This document shows positions 48,401 to 63,400 of a stretch of 64,000 bases of DNA, piece after piece (position 1 is the first letter of the stretch; each line of letters begins with the position of its first letter). The stretch spans positions 2,565,908 through 2,629,907 of the forward strand of contig NEEC01000016.1 in assembly GCA_002189035.1 (NCBI GenBank), written 5' to 3'. The translations under genes and the position numbers were made by a program. The notes below the pieces were generated by a model. The model was not told the origin of the DNA, did not search any database, and was given only the letters and a program-made list of their open reading frames with translations. Source of the DNA: Utricularia gibba. Its lineage: Eukaryota > Plantae > Magnoliophyta.

Positions 48401-51400
48401 AGGTATACTTTGGATCGAGTGCATATTCATTTATTTTAAATCTTAATTAGCGTTCCACCGTTAGGAGCAATTTAGAACGTGTATACATTACAATGCCATG
48501 CCACACGGGCGTGGTTTACGCACAACCCACGCCCGTGTGCCCTTGCAATGTAAACACGCTCCACATTGCTCCTAAGGATCGAGCGTTAACACAAGTTTCA
48601 AGTAAACCATCTCCACTCGATCCGAATCATGTCTAAAGACCGAAAGCCAATAAAAATATTAAAATAAAAAATATACGCTCGATCCGCATCATATCTTAGA
48701 ATCGAATGCAAATAGAATCGTTCAAATAAAAAATATACACTCGATTGGAATCTTAACCAAGGATCGAATGCTAATTAAATGATTAAAATAAAAATGCACA
48801 CTCCATCCAAAGTATAGCTAAGGGTCGAATGCTAATAAAATTAAAAACTAAGAAACTTTCACATGTAGTATATGCTTTAATAACTAACGTATTTACATTA
48901 TTTATATTTTAATAAACATATATCACATGATTATAAAAATATTTTTTTTGTCATTGTAGAAAGCTCATCACGCCACGTACACCACCCTGGAGAGGTTTCA
49001 ACAGCTGTTATGAACTCACAACCCCTTGCTCAGCAGATTCAGTAAAATTCTCTAACACTTGGGCTTCCAACGGATCATATCCCATATTCATTCATACGAA
49101 ATTGTGCAAGAATAATGTGACTTTGAGTTTGAACTAGATAGTAGGACGCTGATCGAAGAATGGCCCATCGAGTCTCTAAAATTGGCCGTCCTCGCTCAAC
49201 AAATGTGGGGTGCACGTGACATCCCAATTTCAACAAATGCATCATGATTTTCGTCGAGTGGGCCCATGAGCCCGTCCGAACCCGGGGCCCGGGCCAAGGG
49301 CCCCTCGAGAGCGCCCGCCTCAATACGAGGAGGTGTTCCTTCAAAAACCATATACGCGTCTCGTCACAACCCAACGTTAATAAATGCATCACTTTTTTTG
49401 GCGCGCTACTGCTGACTTTGGGCCCGAGTTCGGCACGACCTCCGGCCGATCAGGGTGCCCCCCCGAGAGCTCCTCCTTAAGTATAAAGTGTGTTGTTGAA
49501 AAAAACGGTGTGCGGTTCTCGTGACATCCTAACTTCAACAAATGCATCACGATTTTCGTCGAGTCGGACGGGACCGGGCTCCCGGGGCCCGGACGAGGCG
49601 CAGCGCCCGCTCCCCTCCCCCCCAAAACTAGAAGGTGTTCCATGGAAAACCATTTAGGCGGCTCGTGACAACCCAAAGTTAATAAATGCATCACTTTCTT
49701 TGCCGGGCTACAATGACTTTACGCTCGAGCCTGGTACGACGTATGGGAAGATTCGAGTGCCCCCCGAGAGCGTCTCCACAAGTATAAAGCGTGTTGTTGA
49801 AAAAACCGTGTTGGGTGCACGTGACATCCTAATTTCAACAAATGTGTCACGATTTTCGCCGAGTGGGACCAGAGTGGGCTCATCAGCCAGACCGAACCCG
49901 GGGCCCAAGCCAAGGGCCCCTCGAGAGCGCCCCCCACAAAACTGGATGGTGTTCCATGAAAAAAAAATTAGGCGGCTCGTGATAACCCAACGCTAAGAAA
50001 TGCATCCCTTTTTTCGCCGGGCTAAAACTGACTTTGGGCTCATGCCCGGCGCGACCCCCAGCCCGTGTGCATACGCAGCAGCACCACGAGGCCACATGAG
50101 CTTGGTTAATGCCCGCGTGCTCGAGCAGCAGCCACAAGGCCATACGGCCGTGGAAAAAAAGAAAAACAACCATAAAATACAATAAGCCAAAAATAAAAAT
50201 AAAATTGATAAACCCTTGGTTCGGGCCCAAGAAATGCATCCAAACTTTTTTCGGGTTTCCGAACCCTAAAACTGACTTTGGGCTCATGCCCGGCGCGACC
50301 CCAGCCCGTGTGCATACGCAGCAGCACCACGAGGCCACATGTTGGTTAATGCCCGCGTGCTCGAGCAGCAGCCACAAGGCCATACGGCCGTGGAAAAAAG
50401 AAAAACAACCATAAAATACAATAAGCCAAAAATAAAAAATAAAATTGATAAACCCTTGGTTCGGTTCGGGCCCAATCAAAACCCGTAGGGTTTAACCCGT
50501 TCGGGTTGAACAGAAAGACAACCCCATGGGTCATGCAAACTGTAATACCCAGAATTTCATCGGGTTGGGTCCGAACCTGAATGGATCCAACCCAGGCCCA
50601 TCTCTAATCATAATCATATGATATAGGTTTATTAAATTATAAATAATTGAAATACATTATTTATTAAACCGTAGGATAACTGTGAAAGCTTCTTTGACTT
50701 AATTATTACCATTTGATCCTCAGTTGTACTTTGGATGGAGTGTGTATTTTTACTTTAGTCAATTTAATTAGCATTCGATCCTTGGTTATGATTCAGATCA
50801 TATTTGCTATTTTTTTACTTTAAATATTTTTATTATCATTCGATCCTTAAGTATAATGCGGATCGAGCGCGTATTTTTTATTTTAATATTTTTTATTAGC
50901 ATTCGAACGTTAGGTATGCTGCGGATCGAGCGTATATTTTTCACTCTCATATTTTATTAGCCTTAGATCCTTAGGTATACTTTGGATCGAGTGCATATTC
51001 ATTTATTTTAAATCTTAATTAGCGTTCCACCGTTAGGAGCAATTTAGAACGTGTATACATTACAATGCCATGCCACACGGGCGTGGTTTACGCACAACCC
51101 ACGCCCGTGTGCCCTTGCAATGTAAACACGCTCCACATTGCTCCTAAGGATCGAGCGTTAACACAAGTTTCAAGTAAACCATCTCCACTCGATCCGAATC
51201 ATGTCTAAAGACCGAAAGCCAATAAAAATATTAAAATAAAAAATATACGCTCGATCCGCATCATATCTTAGAATCGAATGCAAATAGAATCGTTCAAATA
51301 AAAAATATACACTCGATTGGAATCTTAACCAAGGATCGAATGCTAATTAAAATGATTAAAATAAAAATGCACACTCCATCCAAAGTATAACTAAGGGTCG

Positions 51401-54400
51401 AATGCTAATAAAATTAAAAACTAAGAAACTTTCACATGTAGTATATGCTTTAATAACTAACGTATTTACATTATTTATATTTTAATAAACATATATCACA
51501 TGATTATAAAAATATTTTTTTTGTCATTGTAGAAAGCTCATCACGCCACGCACACCACCCTGGAGAGGTTTCAACAGCTGTTATGAACTCACAACCCCTT
51601 GCTCAGCAGATTCAGTAAAATTCTCTAACACTTGGGCTTCCAACGGATCATATCCCATATTCATTCATACGAAATTGTGCAAGAATAATGTGACTTTGAG
51701 TTTGAACTAGATAGTAGGACGCTGATCGAAGAATGGCCCATCGAGTCTCTAAAATTGGCCGTCCTCGCTCAACAAATGTGGGGTGCACGTGACATCCCAA
51801 TTTCAACAAATGCATCATGATTTTCGTCGAGTGGGCCCATGAGCCCGTCCGAACCCGGGGCCCGGGCCAAGGGCCCCTCGAGAGCGCCCGCCTCAATACG
51901 AGGAGGTGTTCCTTCAAAAACCATATACGCGTCTCGTCACAACCCAACGTTAATAAATGCATCACTTTTTTTGGCGCGCTACTGCTGACTTTGGGCCTGA
52001 GTTCGGCACGACCTCCGGCTCGATCAGGGTGCCCCACCGAGAGCTCCTCCTTAAGTATAAAGTGTGTTGTTGAAAAAAACCGTGTGCGGTTCTCGTGACA
52101 TCCTAACTTCAACAAATGCATCACGATTTTCGTCGAGTCGGACGGGACCGGGCTCCCGGGGCCCGGACGAGGCGCAGCGCCCGCTCCCCTCCCCCCAAAA
52201 CTAGAAGGTGTTCCATGGAAAACCATTTAGGCGGCTCGTGACAACCCAAAGTTAATAAATGCATCACTTTCTTTGCCGGGCTACAATGACTTTACGCTCG
52301 AGCCTGGTACGACGTATGGGAAGATTCGAGTGCCCCCCGAGAGCGTCTCCACAAGTATAAAGCGTGTTGTTGAAAAAACCGTGTTGGGTGCACGTGACAT
52401 CCTAATTTCAACAAATGTGTCACGATTTTCGCCGAGTGGGACCAGAGTGGGCTCATCAGCCAGACCGAACCCGGGGCCCAAGCCAAGGGCCCCTCGAGAG
52501 CGCCCCCCCACAAAACTAGATGGTGTTCCACGAAAAAAAATTAGGCGGCTCGTGATAACCCAACGCTAAGAAATGCATCCCTTTTTTCGCCGGGCTAAAA
52601 CTGACTTTGGGCTCATGCCCGGCGCGACCCCCAGCCCGTGTGCATACGCAGCAGCACCACGAGGCCACATGGGCTTGGTTAATGCCCGCGTGCTCGAGCA
52701 GCAGCCACAAGGCCATACGGCCGTGGAAAAAAAGAAAACAACCATAAAATACAATAAGCCAAAATAAAAAAATAAAATTGATAAACCCTTGGTTCGGTTC
52801 GGGCCCAATCAAAACCCGTAGGGTTTAACCCGTTCGGGTTGAACAGAAAGACAACCCCATGGGTCATGCAAACTGTAATACCCAGAATTTCATCGGGTTG
52901 GGTCCGAACCTGAATGGATCCAACCCAGGCCCATCTCTAATCATAATCATATGATATAGGTTTATTAAATTATAAATAATTGAAATACATTATTTATTAA
53001 ACCGTAGGATAACTGTGAAAGCTTCTTTGACTTAATTATTACCATTTGATCCTCAGTTGTACTTTGGATGGAGTGTGTATTTTTACTTTAGTCAATTTAA
53101 TTAGCATTCGATCCTTGGTTATGATTCAGATCATATTTGCTATTTTTTTACTTTAAATATTTTTATTATCATTCGATCCTTAAGTATAATGCGGATCGAG
53201 CGCGTATTTTTTATTTTAATATTTTTTATTAGCATTCGAACGTTAGGTATGCTGCGGATCGAGCGTATATTTTTCACTCTCATATTTTTATTAGCCTTAG
53301 ATCCTTAGGTATACTTTGGATCGAGTGCATATTCATTTATTTTAAATCTTAATTAGCGTTCCACCGTTAGGAGCAATTTAGAACGTGTATACATTACAAT
53401 GCCATGCCACACGGGCGTGGTTTACGCACAACCCACGCCCGTGTGCCCTTGCAATGTAAACACGCTCCACATTGCTCCTAAGGATCGAGCGTTAACACAA
53501 GTTTCAAGTAAACCATCTCCACTCGATCCGAATCATGTCTAAAGACCGAAAGCCAATAAAAATATTAAAATAAAAAATATACGCTCGATCCGCATCATAT
53601 CTTAGAATCGAATGCAAATAGAATCGTTCAAATAAAAAATATACACTCGATTGGAATCTTAACCAAGGATCGAATGCTAATTAAAATGATTAAAATAAAA
53701 TGCACACTCCATCCAAAGTATAACTAAGGGTCGAATGCTAATAAAATTAAAAACTAAGAAACTTTCACATGTAGTATATGCTTTAATAACTAACGTATTT
53801 ACATTATTTATATTTTAATAAACATATATCACATGATTATAAAAATATTTTTTTTGTCATTGTAGAAAGCTCATCACGCCACGCACACCACCCTGGAGAG
53901 GTTTCAACAGCTGTTATGAACTCACAACCCCTTGCTCAGCAGATTCAGTAAAATTCTCTAACACTTGGGCTTCCAACGGATCATATCCATATTCATTCAT
54001 ACGAAATTGTGCAAGAATAATGTGACTTTGAGTTTGAACTAGATAGTAGGACGCTGATCGAAGAATGGCCCATCGAGTCTCTAAAATTGGCCGTCCTCGC
54101 TCAACAAATGTGGGGTGCACGTGACATCCCAATTTCAACAAATGCATCATGATTTTCGTCGAGTGGGCCCATGAGCCCGTCCGAACCCGGGGCCCGGGCC
54201 AAGGGCCCCTCGAGAGCGCCCGCCTCAATACGAGGAGGTGTTCCTTCAAAAACCATATACGCGTCTCGTCACAACCCAACGTTAATAAATGCATCACTTT
54301 TTTTGGCGCGCTACTGCTGACTTTGGGCCTGAGTTCGGCACGACCTCCGGCTCGATCAGGGTGCCCGAGAGCTCCTCCTTAAGTATAAAGTGTGTTGTTG

Positions 54401-57400
54401 AAAAAAACCGTGTGCGGTTCTCGTGACATCCTAACTTCAACAAATGCATCACGATTTTCGTCGAGTCGGACGGGACCGGGCTCCCGGGGCCCGGACGAGG
54501 CGCAGCGCGCTCCCCCCCCCAAAACTAGAAGGTGTTCCATGGAAAACCATTTAGGCGGCTCGTGACAACCCAAAGTTAATAAATGCATCACTTTCTTTGC
54601 CGGGCTACAATGACTTTACGCTCGAGCCTGGTACGACGTATGGGAAGATTCGAGTGCCCCCGAGAGCGTCTCCACAAGTATAAAGCGTGTTGTTGAAAAA
54701 ACCGTGTTGGGTGCACGTGACATCCTAATTTCAACAAATGTGTCACGATTTTCGCCGAGTGGGACCAGAGTGGGCTCATCAGCCAGACCGAACCCGGGCC
54801 CAAGCCAAGGGCCCCTCGAGAGCGCCCCCACAAAACTAGATGGTGTTCCACGAAAAAAAATTAGGCGGCTCGTGATAACCCAACGCTAAGAAATGCATCC
54901 CTTTTTTTCGCCGGGCTAAAACTGACTTTGGGCTCATGCCCGGCGCGACCCCCAGCCCGTGTGCATACGCAGCAGCACCACGAGGCCACATGGGCTTGGT
55001 TAATGCCCGCGTGCTCGAGCAGCAGCCACAAGGCCATACGGCCGTGGAAAAAAAGAAAACAACCATAAAATACAATAAGCCAAAAATAAAAAATAAAATT
55101 GATAAACCCTTGGTTCGGTTCGGGCCCAATCAAAACCCGTAGGGTTTAACCCGTTCGGGTTGAACAGAAAGACAACCCCATGGGTCATGCAAACTGTAAT
55201 ACCCAGAATTTCATCGGGTTGGGTCCGAACCTGAATGGATCCAACCCAGGCCCATCTCTAATCATAATCATATGATATAGGTTTATTAAATTATAAATAA
55301 TTGAAATACATTATTTATTAAACCGTAGGATAACTGTGAAAGCTTCTTTGACTTAATTATTACCATTTGATCCTCAGTTGTACTTTGGATGGAGTGTGTA
55401 TTTTTACTTTAGTCAATTTAATTAGCATTCGATCCTTGGTTATGATTCAGATCATATTTGCTATTTTTTTACTTTAAATATTTTTATTATCATTCGATCC
55501 TTAAGTATAATGCGGATCGAGCGCGTATTTTTTATTTTAATATTTTTTATTAGCATTCGAACGTTAGGTATGCTGCGGATCGAGCGTATATTTTTCACTC
55601 TCATATTTTTATTAGCCTTAGATCCTTAGGTATACTTTGGATCGAGTGCATATTCATTTATTTTAAATCTTAATTAGCGTTCCACCGTTAGGAGCAATTT
55701 AGAACGTGTATACATTACAATGCCATGCCACACGGGCGTGGTTTACGCACAACCCACGCCCGTGTGCCCTTGCAATGTAAACACGCTCCACATTGCTCCT
55801 AAGGATCGAGCGTTAACACAAGTTTCAAGTAAACCATCTCCACTCGATCCGAATCATGTCTAAAGACCGAAAGCCAATAAAAATATTAAAATAAAAAATA
55901 TACGCTCGATCCGCATCATATCTTAGAATCGAATGCAAATAGAATCGTTCAAATAAAAATATACACACTCGATTGGAATCTTAACCAAGGATCGAATGCT
56001 AATTAAAATGATTAAAATAAAAATGCACACTCCATCCAAAGTATAACTAAGGGTCGAATGCTAATAAAATTAAAAACTAAGAAACTTTCACATGTAGTAT
56101 ATGCTTTAATAACTAACGTATTTACATTATTTATATTTTAATAAACATATATCACATGATTATAAAAATATTTTTTTTGTCATTGTAGAAAGCTCATCAC
56201 GCCACGCACACCACCCTGGAGAGGTTTCAACAGCTGTTATGAACTCACAACCCCTTGCTCAGCAGATTCAGTAAAATTCTCTAACACTTGGGCTTCCAAC
56301 GGATCATATCCCATATTCATTCATACGAAATTGTGCAAGAATAATGTGACTTTGAGTTTGAACTAGATAGTAGGACGCTGATCGAAGAATGGCCCATCGA
56401 GTCTCTAAAATTGGCCGTCCTCGCTCAACAAATGTGGGGTGCACGTGACATCCCAATTTCAACAAATGCATCATGATTTTCGTCGAGTGGGCCCATGAGC
56501 CCGTCCGAACCCGGGGCCCGGGCCAAGGGCCCCTCGAGAGCGCCCGCCTCAATACGAGGAGGTGTTCCTTCAAAAACCATATACGCGTCTCGTCACAACC
56601 CAACGTTAATAAATGCATCACTTTTTTTGGCGCGCTACTGCTGACTTTGGCCTGAGTTCGGCACGACCTCCGGCTCGATCAGGGTGCCCCACCGAGAGCT
56701 CCTCCTTAAGTATAAAGTGTGTTGTTGAAAAAAACCGTGTGCGGTTCTCGTGACATCCTAACTTCAACAAATGCATCACGATTTTCGTCGAGTCGGACGG
56801 GACCGGGCTCCCGGGGCCCGGACGAGGCGCAGCGCCCGCTCCCCTCCCCCCAAAACTAGAAGGTGTTCCATGGAAAACCATTTAGGCGGCTCGTGACAAC
56901 CCAAAGTTAATAAATGCATCACTTTCTTTGCCGGGCTACAATGACTTTACGCTCGAGCCTGGTACGACGTATGGGAAGATTCGAGTGCCCCCGAGAGCGT
57001 CTCCACAAGTATAAAGCGTGTTGTTGAAAAAACCGTGTTGGGTGCACGTGACATCCTAATTTCAACAAATGTGTCACGATTTTCGCCGAGTGGGACCAGA
57101 GTGGGCTCATCAGCCAGACCGAACCCGGGGCCCAAGCCAAGGGCCCCTCGAGAGCGCCCCCCACAAAACTAGATGGTGTTCCACGAAAAAAAATTAGGCG
57201 GCTCGTGATAACCCAACGCTAAGAAATGCATCCCTTTTTTCGCCGGGCTAAAACTGACTTTGGGCTCATGCCCGGCGCGACCCCCAGCCCGTGTGCATAC
57301 GCAGCAGCACCACGAGGCCACATGGGCTTGGTTAATGCCCGCGTGCTCGAGCAGCAGCCACAAGGCCATACGGCCGTGGAAAAAAAGAAAACAACCATAA

Positions 57401-60400
57401 ATACAATAAGCCAAAAATAAAAAATAAAATTGATAAACCCTTGGTTCGGTTCGGGCCCAATCAAAACCCGTAGGGTTTAACCCGTTCGGGTTGAACAGAA
57501 AGACAACCCCATGGGTCATGCAAACTGTAATACCCAGAATTTCATCGGGTTGGGTCCGAACCTGAATGGATCCAACCCAGGCCCATCTCTAATCATAATC
57601 ATATGATATAGGTTTATTAAATTATAAATAATTGAAATACATTATTTATTAAACCGTAGGATAACTGTGAAAGCTTCTTTGACTTAATTATTACCATTTG
57701 ATCCTCAGTTGTACTTTGGATGGAGTGTGTATTTTTACTTTAGTCAATTTAATTAGCATTCGATCCTTGGTTATGATTCAGATCATATTTGCTATTTTTT
57801 ACTTTAAATATTTTTATTATCATTCGATCCTTAAGTATAATGCGGATCGAGCGCGTATTTTTTATTTTAATATTTTTTATTAGCATTCGAACGTTAGGTA
57901 TGCTGCGGATCGAGCGTATATTTTTCACTCTCATATTTTTATTAGCCTTAGATCCTTAGGTATACTTTGGATCGAGTGCATATTCATTTATTTTAAATCT
58001 TAATTAGCGTTCCACCGTTAGGAGCAATTTAGAACGTGTATACATTACAATGCCATGCCACACGGGCGTGGTTTACGCACAACCCACGCCCGTGTGCCCT
58101 TGCAATGTAAACACGCTCCACATTGCTCCTAAGGATCGAGCGTTAACACAAGTTTCAAGTAAACCATCTCCACTCGATCCGAATCATGTCTAAAGACCGA
58201 AAGCCAATAAAAATATTAAAATAAAAAATATACGCTCGATCCGCATCATATCTTAGAATCGAATGCAAATAGAATCGTTCAAATAAAAAATACACTCGAT
58301 TGGAATCTTAACCAAGGATCGAATGCTAATTAAAATGATTAAAATAAAAATGCACACTCCATCCAAAGTATAACTAAGGGTCGAATGCTAATAAAATTAA
58401 AAACTAAGAAACTTTCACATGTAGTATATGCTTTAATAACTAACGTATTTACATTATTTATATTTTAATAAACATATATCACATGATTATAAAAATATTT
58501 TTTTTGTCATTGTAGAAAGCTCATCACGCCACGCACACCACCCTGGAGAGGTTTCAACAGCTGTTATGAACTCACAACCCCTTGCTCAGCAGATTCAGTA
58601 AAATTCTCTAACACTTGGGCTTCCAACGGATCATATCCCATATTCATTCATACGAAATTGTGCAAGAATAATGTGACTTTGAGTTTGAACTAGATAGTAG
58701 GACGCTGATCGAAGAATGGCCCATCGAGTCTCTAAAATTGGCCGTCCTCGCTCAACAAATGTGGGGTGCACGTGACATCCCAATTTCAACAAATGCATCA
58801 TGATTTTCGTCGAGTGGGCCCATGAGCCCGTCCGAACCGGGGCCCGGGCCAAGGGCCCCTCGAGAGCGCCCGCCTCAATACGAGGAGGTGTTCCTTCAAA
58901 AACCATATACGCGTCTCGTCACAACCCAACGTTAATAAATGCATCACTTTTTTTGGCGCGCTACTGCTGACTTTGGGCCTGAGTTCGGCACGACCTCCGG
59001 CTCGATCAGGGTGCCCCCGAGAGCTCCTCCTTAAGTATAAAGTGTGTTGTTGAAAAAAACCGTGTGCGGTTCTCGTGACATCCTAACTTCAACAAATGCA
59101 TCACGATTTTCGTCGAGTCGGACGGGACCGGGCTCCCGGGGCCGGACGAGGCGCAGCGCCCGCTCCCCTCCCCCCCAAAACTAGAAGGTGTTCCATGGAA
59201 AACCATTTAGGCGGCTCGTGACAACCCAAAGTTAATAAATGCATCACTTTCTTTGCCGGGCTACAATGACTTTACGCTCGAGCCTGGTACGACGTATGGG
59301 AAGATTCGAGTGCCCCCCGAGAGCGTCTCCACAAGTATAAAGCGTGTTGTTGAAAAAACCGTGTTGGGTGCACGTGACATCCTAATTTCAACAAATGTGT
59401 CACGATTTTCGCCGAGTGGGACCAGAGTGGGCTCATCAGCCAGACCGAACCCGGGGCCCAAGCCAAGGGCCCCTCGAGAGCGCCCCCCACAAAACTAGAT
59501 GGTGTTCCACGAAAAAAAATTAGGCGGCTCGTGATAACCCAACGCTAAGAAATGCATCCCTTTTTTCGCCGGGCTAAAACTGACTTTGGGCTCATGCCCG
59601 GCGCGACCCCCAGCCCGTGTGCATACGCAGCAGCACACGAGGCCACATGGGCTTGGTTAATGCCCGCGTGCTCGAGCAGCAGCCACAAGGCCATACGGCC
59701 GTGGAAAAAAGAAAAACAACCATAAAATACAATAAGCCAAAAATAAAAAATAAAATTGATAAACCCTTGGTTCGGTTCGGGCCCAATCAAAACCCGTAGG
59801 GTTTAACCCGTTCGGGTTGAACAGAAAGACAACCCCATGGGTCATGCAAACTGTAATACCCAGAATTTCATCGGGTTGGGTCCGAACCTGAATGGATCCA
59901 ACCCAGGCCCATCTCTAATCATAATCATATGATATAGGTTTATTAAATTATAAATAATTGAAATACATTATTTATTAAACCGTAGGATAACTGTGAAAGC
60001 TTCTTTGACTTAATTATTACCATTTGATCCTCAGTTGTACTTTGGATGGAGTGTGTATTTTTACTTTAGTCAATTTAATTAGCATTCGATCCTTGGTTAT
60101 GATTCAGATCATATTTGCTATTTTTTTACTTTAAATATTTTTATTATCATTCGATCCTTAAGTATAATGCGGATCGAGCGCGTATTTTTTATTTTAATAT
60201 TTTTTATTAGCATTCGAACGTTAGGTATGCTGCGGATCGAGCGTATATTTTTCACTCTCATATTTTTATTAGCCTTAGATCCTTAGGTATACTTTGGATC
60301 GAGTGCATATTCATTTATTTTAAATCTTAATTAGCGTTCCACCGTTAGGAGCAATTTAGAACGTGTATACATTACAATGCCATGCCACACGGGCGTGGTT

Positions 60401-63400
60401 TACGCACAACCCACGCCCGTGTGCCCTTGCAATGTAAACACGCTCCACATTGCTCCTAAGGATCGAGCGTTAACACAAGTTTCAAGTAAACCATCTCCAC
60501 TCGATCCGAATCATGTCTAAAGACCGAAAGCCAATAAAAATATTAAAATAAAAAATATACGCTCGATCCGCATCATATCTTAGAATCGAATGCAAATAGA
60601 ATCGTTCAAATAAAAAATATACACTCGATTGGAATCTTAACCAAGGATCGAATGCTAATTAAAATGATTAAAATAAAAATGCACACTCCATCCAAAGTAT
60701 AACTAAGGGTCGAATGCTAATAAAATTAAAAACTAAGAAACTTTCACATGTAGTATATGCTTTAATAACTAACGTATTTACATTATTATATTTTAATAAA
60801 CATATCACATGATTATAAAAATATTTTTTTTGTCATTGTAGAAAGCTCATCACGCCACGCACACCACCCTGGAGAGGTTTCAACAGCTGTTATGAACTCA
60901 CAACCCCTTGCTCAGCAGATTCAGTAAAATTCTCTAACACTTGGGCTTCCAACGGATCATATCCCATATTCATTCATACGAAATTGTGCAAGAATAATGT
61001 GACTTTGAGTTTGAACTAGATAGTAGGACGCTGATCGAAGAATGGCCCATCGAGTCTCTAAAATTGGCCGTCCTCGCTCAACAAATGTGGGGTGCACGTG
61101 ACATCCCAATTTCAACAAATGCATCATGATTTTCGTCGAGTGGGCCCATGAGCCCGTCCGAACCCGGGGCCCGGGCCAAGGGCCCCTCGAGAGCGCCCGC
61201 CTCAATACGAGGAGGTGTTCCTTCAAAAACCATATACGCGTCTCGTCACAACCCAACGTTAATAAATGCATCACTTTTTTTGGCGCGCTACTGCTGACTT
61301 TGGGCCTGAGTTCGGCACGACCTCCGGCTCGATCAGGGTGCCCCACCGAGAGCTCCTCCTTAAGTATAAAGTGTGTTGTTGAAAAAAACCGTGTGCGGTT
61401 CTCGTGACATCCTAACTTCAACAAATGCATCACGATTTTCGTCGAGTCGGACGGGACCGGGCTCCCGGGGCCCGGACGAGGCGCAGCGCCCGCTCCCCTC
61501 CCCCCAAAACTAGAAGGTGTTCCATGGAAAACCATTTAGGCGGCTCGTGACAACCCAAAGTTAATAAATGCATCACTTTCTTTGCCGGGCTACAATGACT
61601 TTACGCTCGAGCCTGGTACGACGTATGGGAAGATTCGAGTGCCCCCCGAGAGCGTCTCCACAAGTATAAAGCGTGTTGTTGAAAAAACCGTGTTGGGTGC
61701 ACGTGACATCCTAATTTCAACAAATGTGTCACGATTTTCGCCGAGTGGGACCAGAGTGGGCTCATCAGCCAGACCGAACCCGGGGCCCAAGCCAAGGGCC
61801 CCTCGAGAGCGCCCCCCACAAAACTAGATGGTGTTCCACGAAAAAAAATTAGGCGGCTCGTGATAACCCAACGCTAAGAAATGCATCCCTTTTTTCGCCG
61901 GGCTAAAACTGACTTTGGGCTCATGCCCGGCGCGACCCCCAGCCCGTGTGCATACGCAGCAGCACCACGAGGCCACATGGGCTTGGTTAATGCCCGCGTG
62001 CTCGAGCAGCAGCCACAAGGCCATACGGCCGTGGAAAAAAGAAAAACAACCATAAAATACAATAAGCCAAAAATAAAAATAAAATTGATAAACCCTTGGT
62101 TCGGTTCGGGCCCAATCAAAACCCGTAGGGTTTAACCCGTTCGGGTTGAACAGAAAGACAACCCCATGGGTCATGCAAACTGTAATACCCAGAATTCATC
62201 GGGTTGGGTCCGAACCTGAATGGATCCAACCCAGGCCCATCTCTAATCATAATCATATGATATAGGTTTATTAAATTATAAATAATTGAAATACATTATT
62301 TATTAAACCGTAGGATAACTGTGAAAGCTTCTTTGACTTAATTTACCATTTGATCCTCAGTTGTACTTTGGATGGAGTGTGTATTTTTACTTTAGTCAAT
62401 TTAATTAGCATTCGATCCTTGGTTATGATTCAGATCATATTTGCTATTTTTTTACTTTAAATATTTTTATTATCATTCGATCCTTAAGTATAATGCGGAT
62501 CGAGCGCGTATTTTTTATTTTAATATTTTTTATTAGCATTCGAACGTTAGGTATGCTGCGGATCGAGCGTATTTTTTCACTCTCATATTTTTATTAGCCT
62601 TAGATCCTTAGGTATACTTTGGATCGAGTGCATATTCATTTATTTTAAATCTTAATTAGCGTTCCACCGTTAGGAGCAATTTAGAACGTGTATACATTAC
62701 AATGCCATGCCACGGGGCGTGGTTTACGCACAACCCACGCCCGTGTGCCCTTGCAATGTAAACACGCTCCACATTGCTCCTAAGGATCGAGCGTTAACAC
62801 AAGTTTCAAGTAAACCATCTCCACTCGATCCGAATCATGTCTAAAGACCGAAAGCCAATAAAAAATTAAAAATAAAAAATATACGCTCGATCCGCATCAT
62901 ATCTTAGAATCGAATGCAAATAGAATCGTTCAAATAAAAAATATACACTCGATTGGAATCTTAACCAAGGATCGAATGCTAATTAAAATGATTAAAATAA
63001 AAATGCACACTCCATCCAAAGTATAACTAAGGGTCGAATGCTAATAAATTAAAAACTAAGAAACTTTCACATGTAGTATATGCTTTAATAACTAACGTAT
63101 TTACATTATTTATATTTTAATAAACATATATCACATGATTATAAAAATATTTTTTTGTCATTGTAGAAAGCTCATCACGCCACGCACACCACCCTGGAGA
63201 GGTTTCAACAGCTGTTATGAACTCACAACCCCTTGCTCAGCAGATTCAGTAAAATTCTCTAACACTTGGGCTTCCAACGGATCATATCCCATATTCATTC
63301 ATACGAAATTGTGCAAGAATAATGTGACTTTGAGTTTGAACTAGATAGTAGGACGCTGATCGAAGAATGGCCCATCGAGTCTCTAAAATTGGCCGTCCTC

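Noticed and set aside
53408-53445. GGGCGTGGTTT / GGCCTTGT as PIF/Tourist TIRs
   Set aside because: Only loose similarity to remembered Tourist TIRs, no TAA/TTA TSD, and the motif occurs in multiple internal copies.
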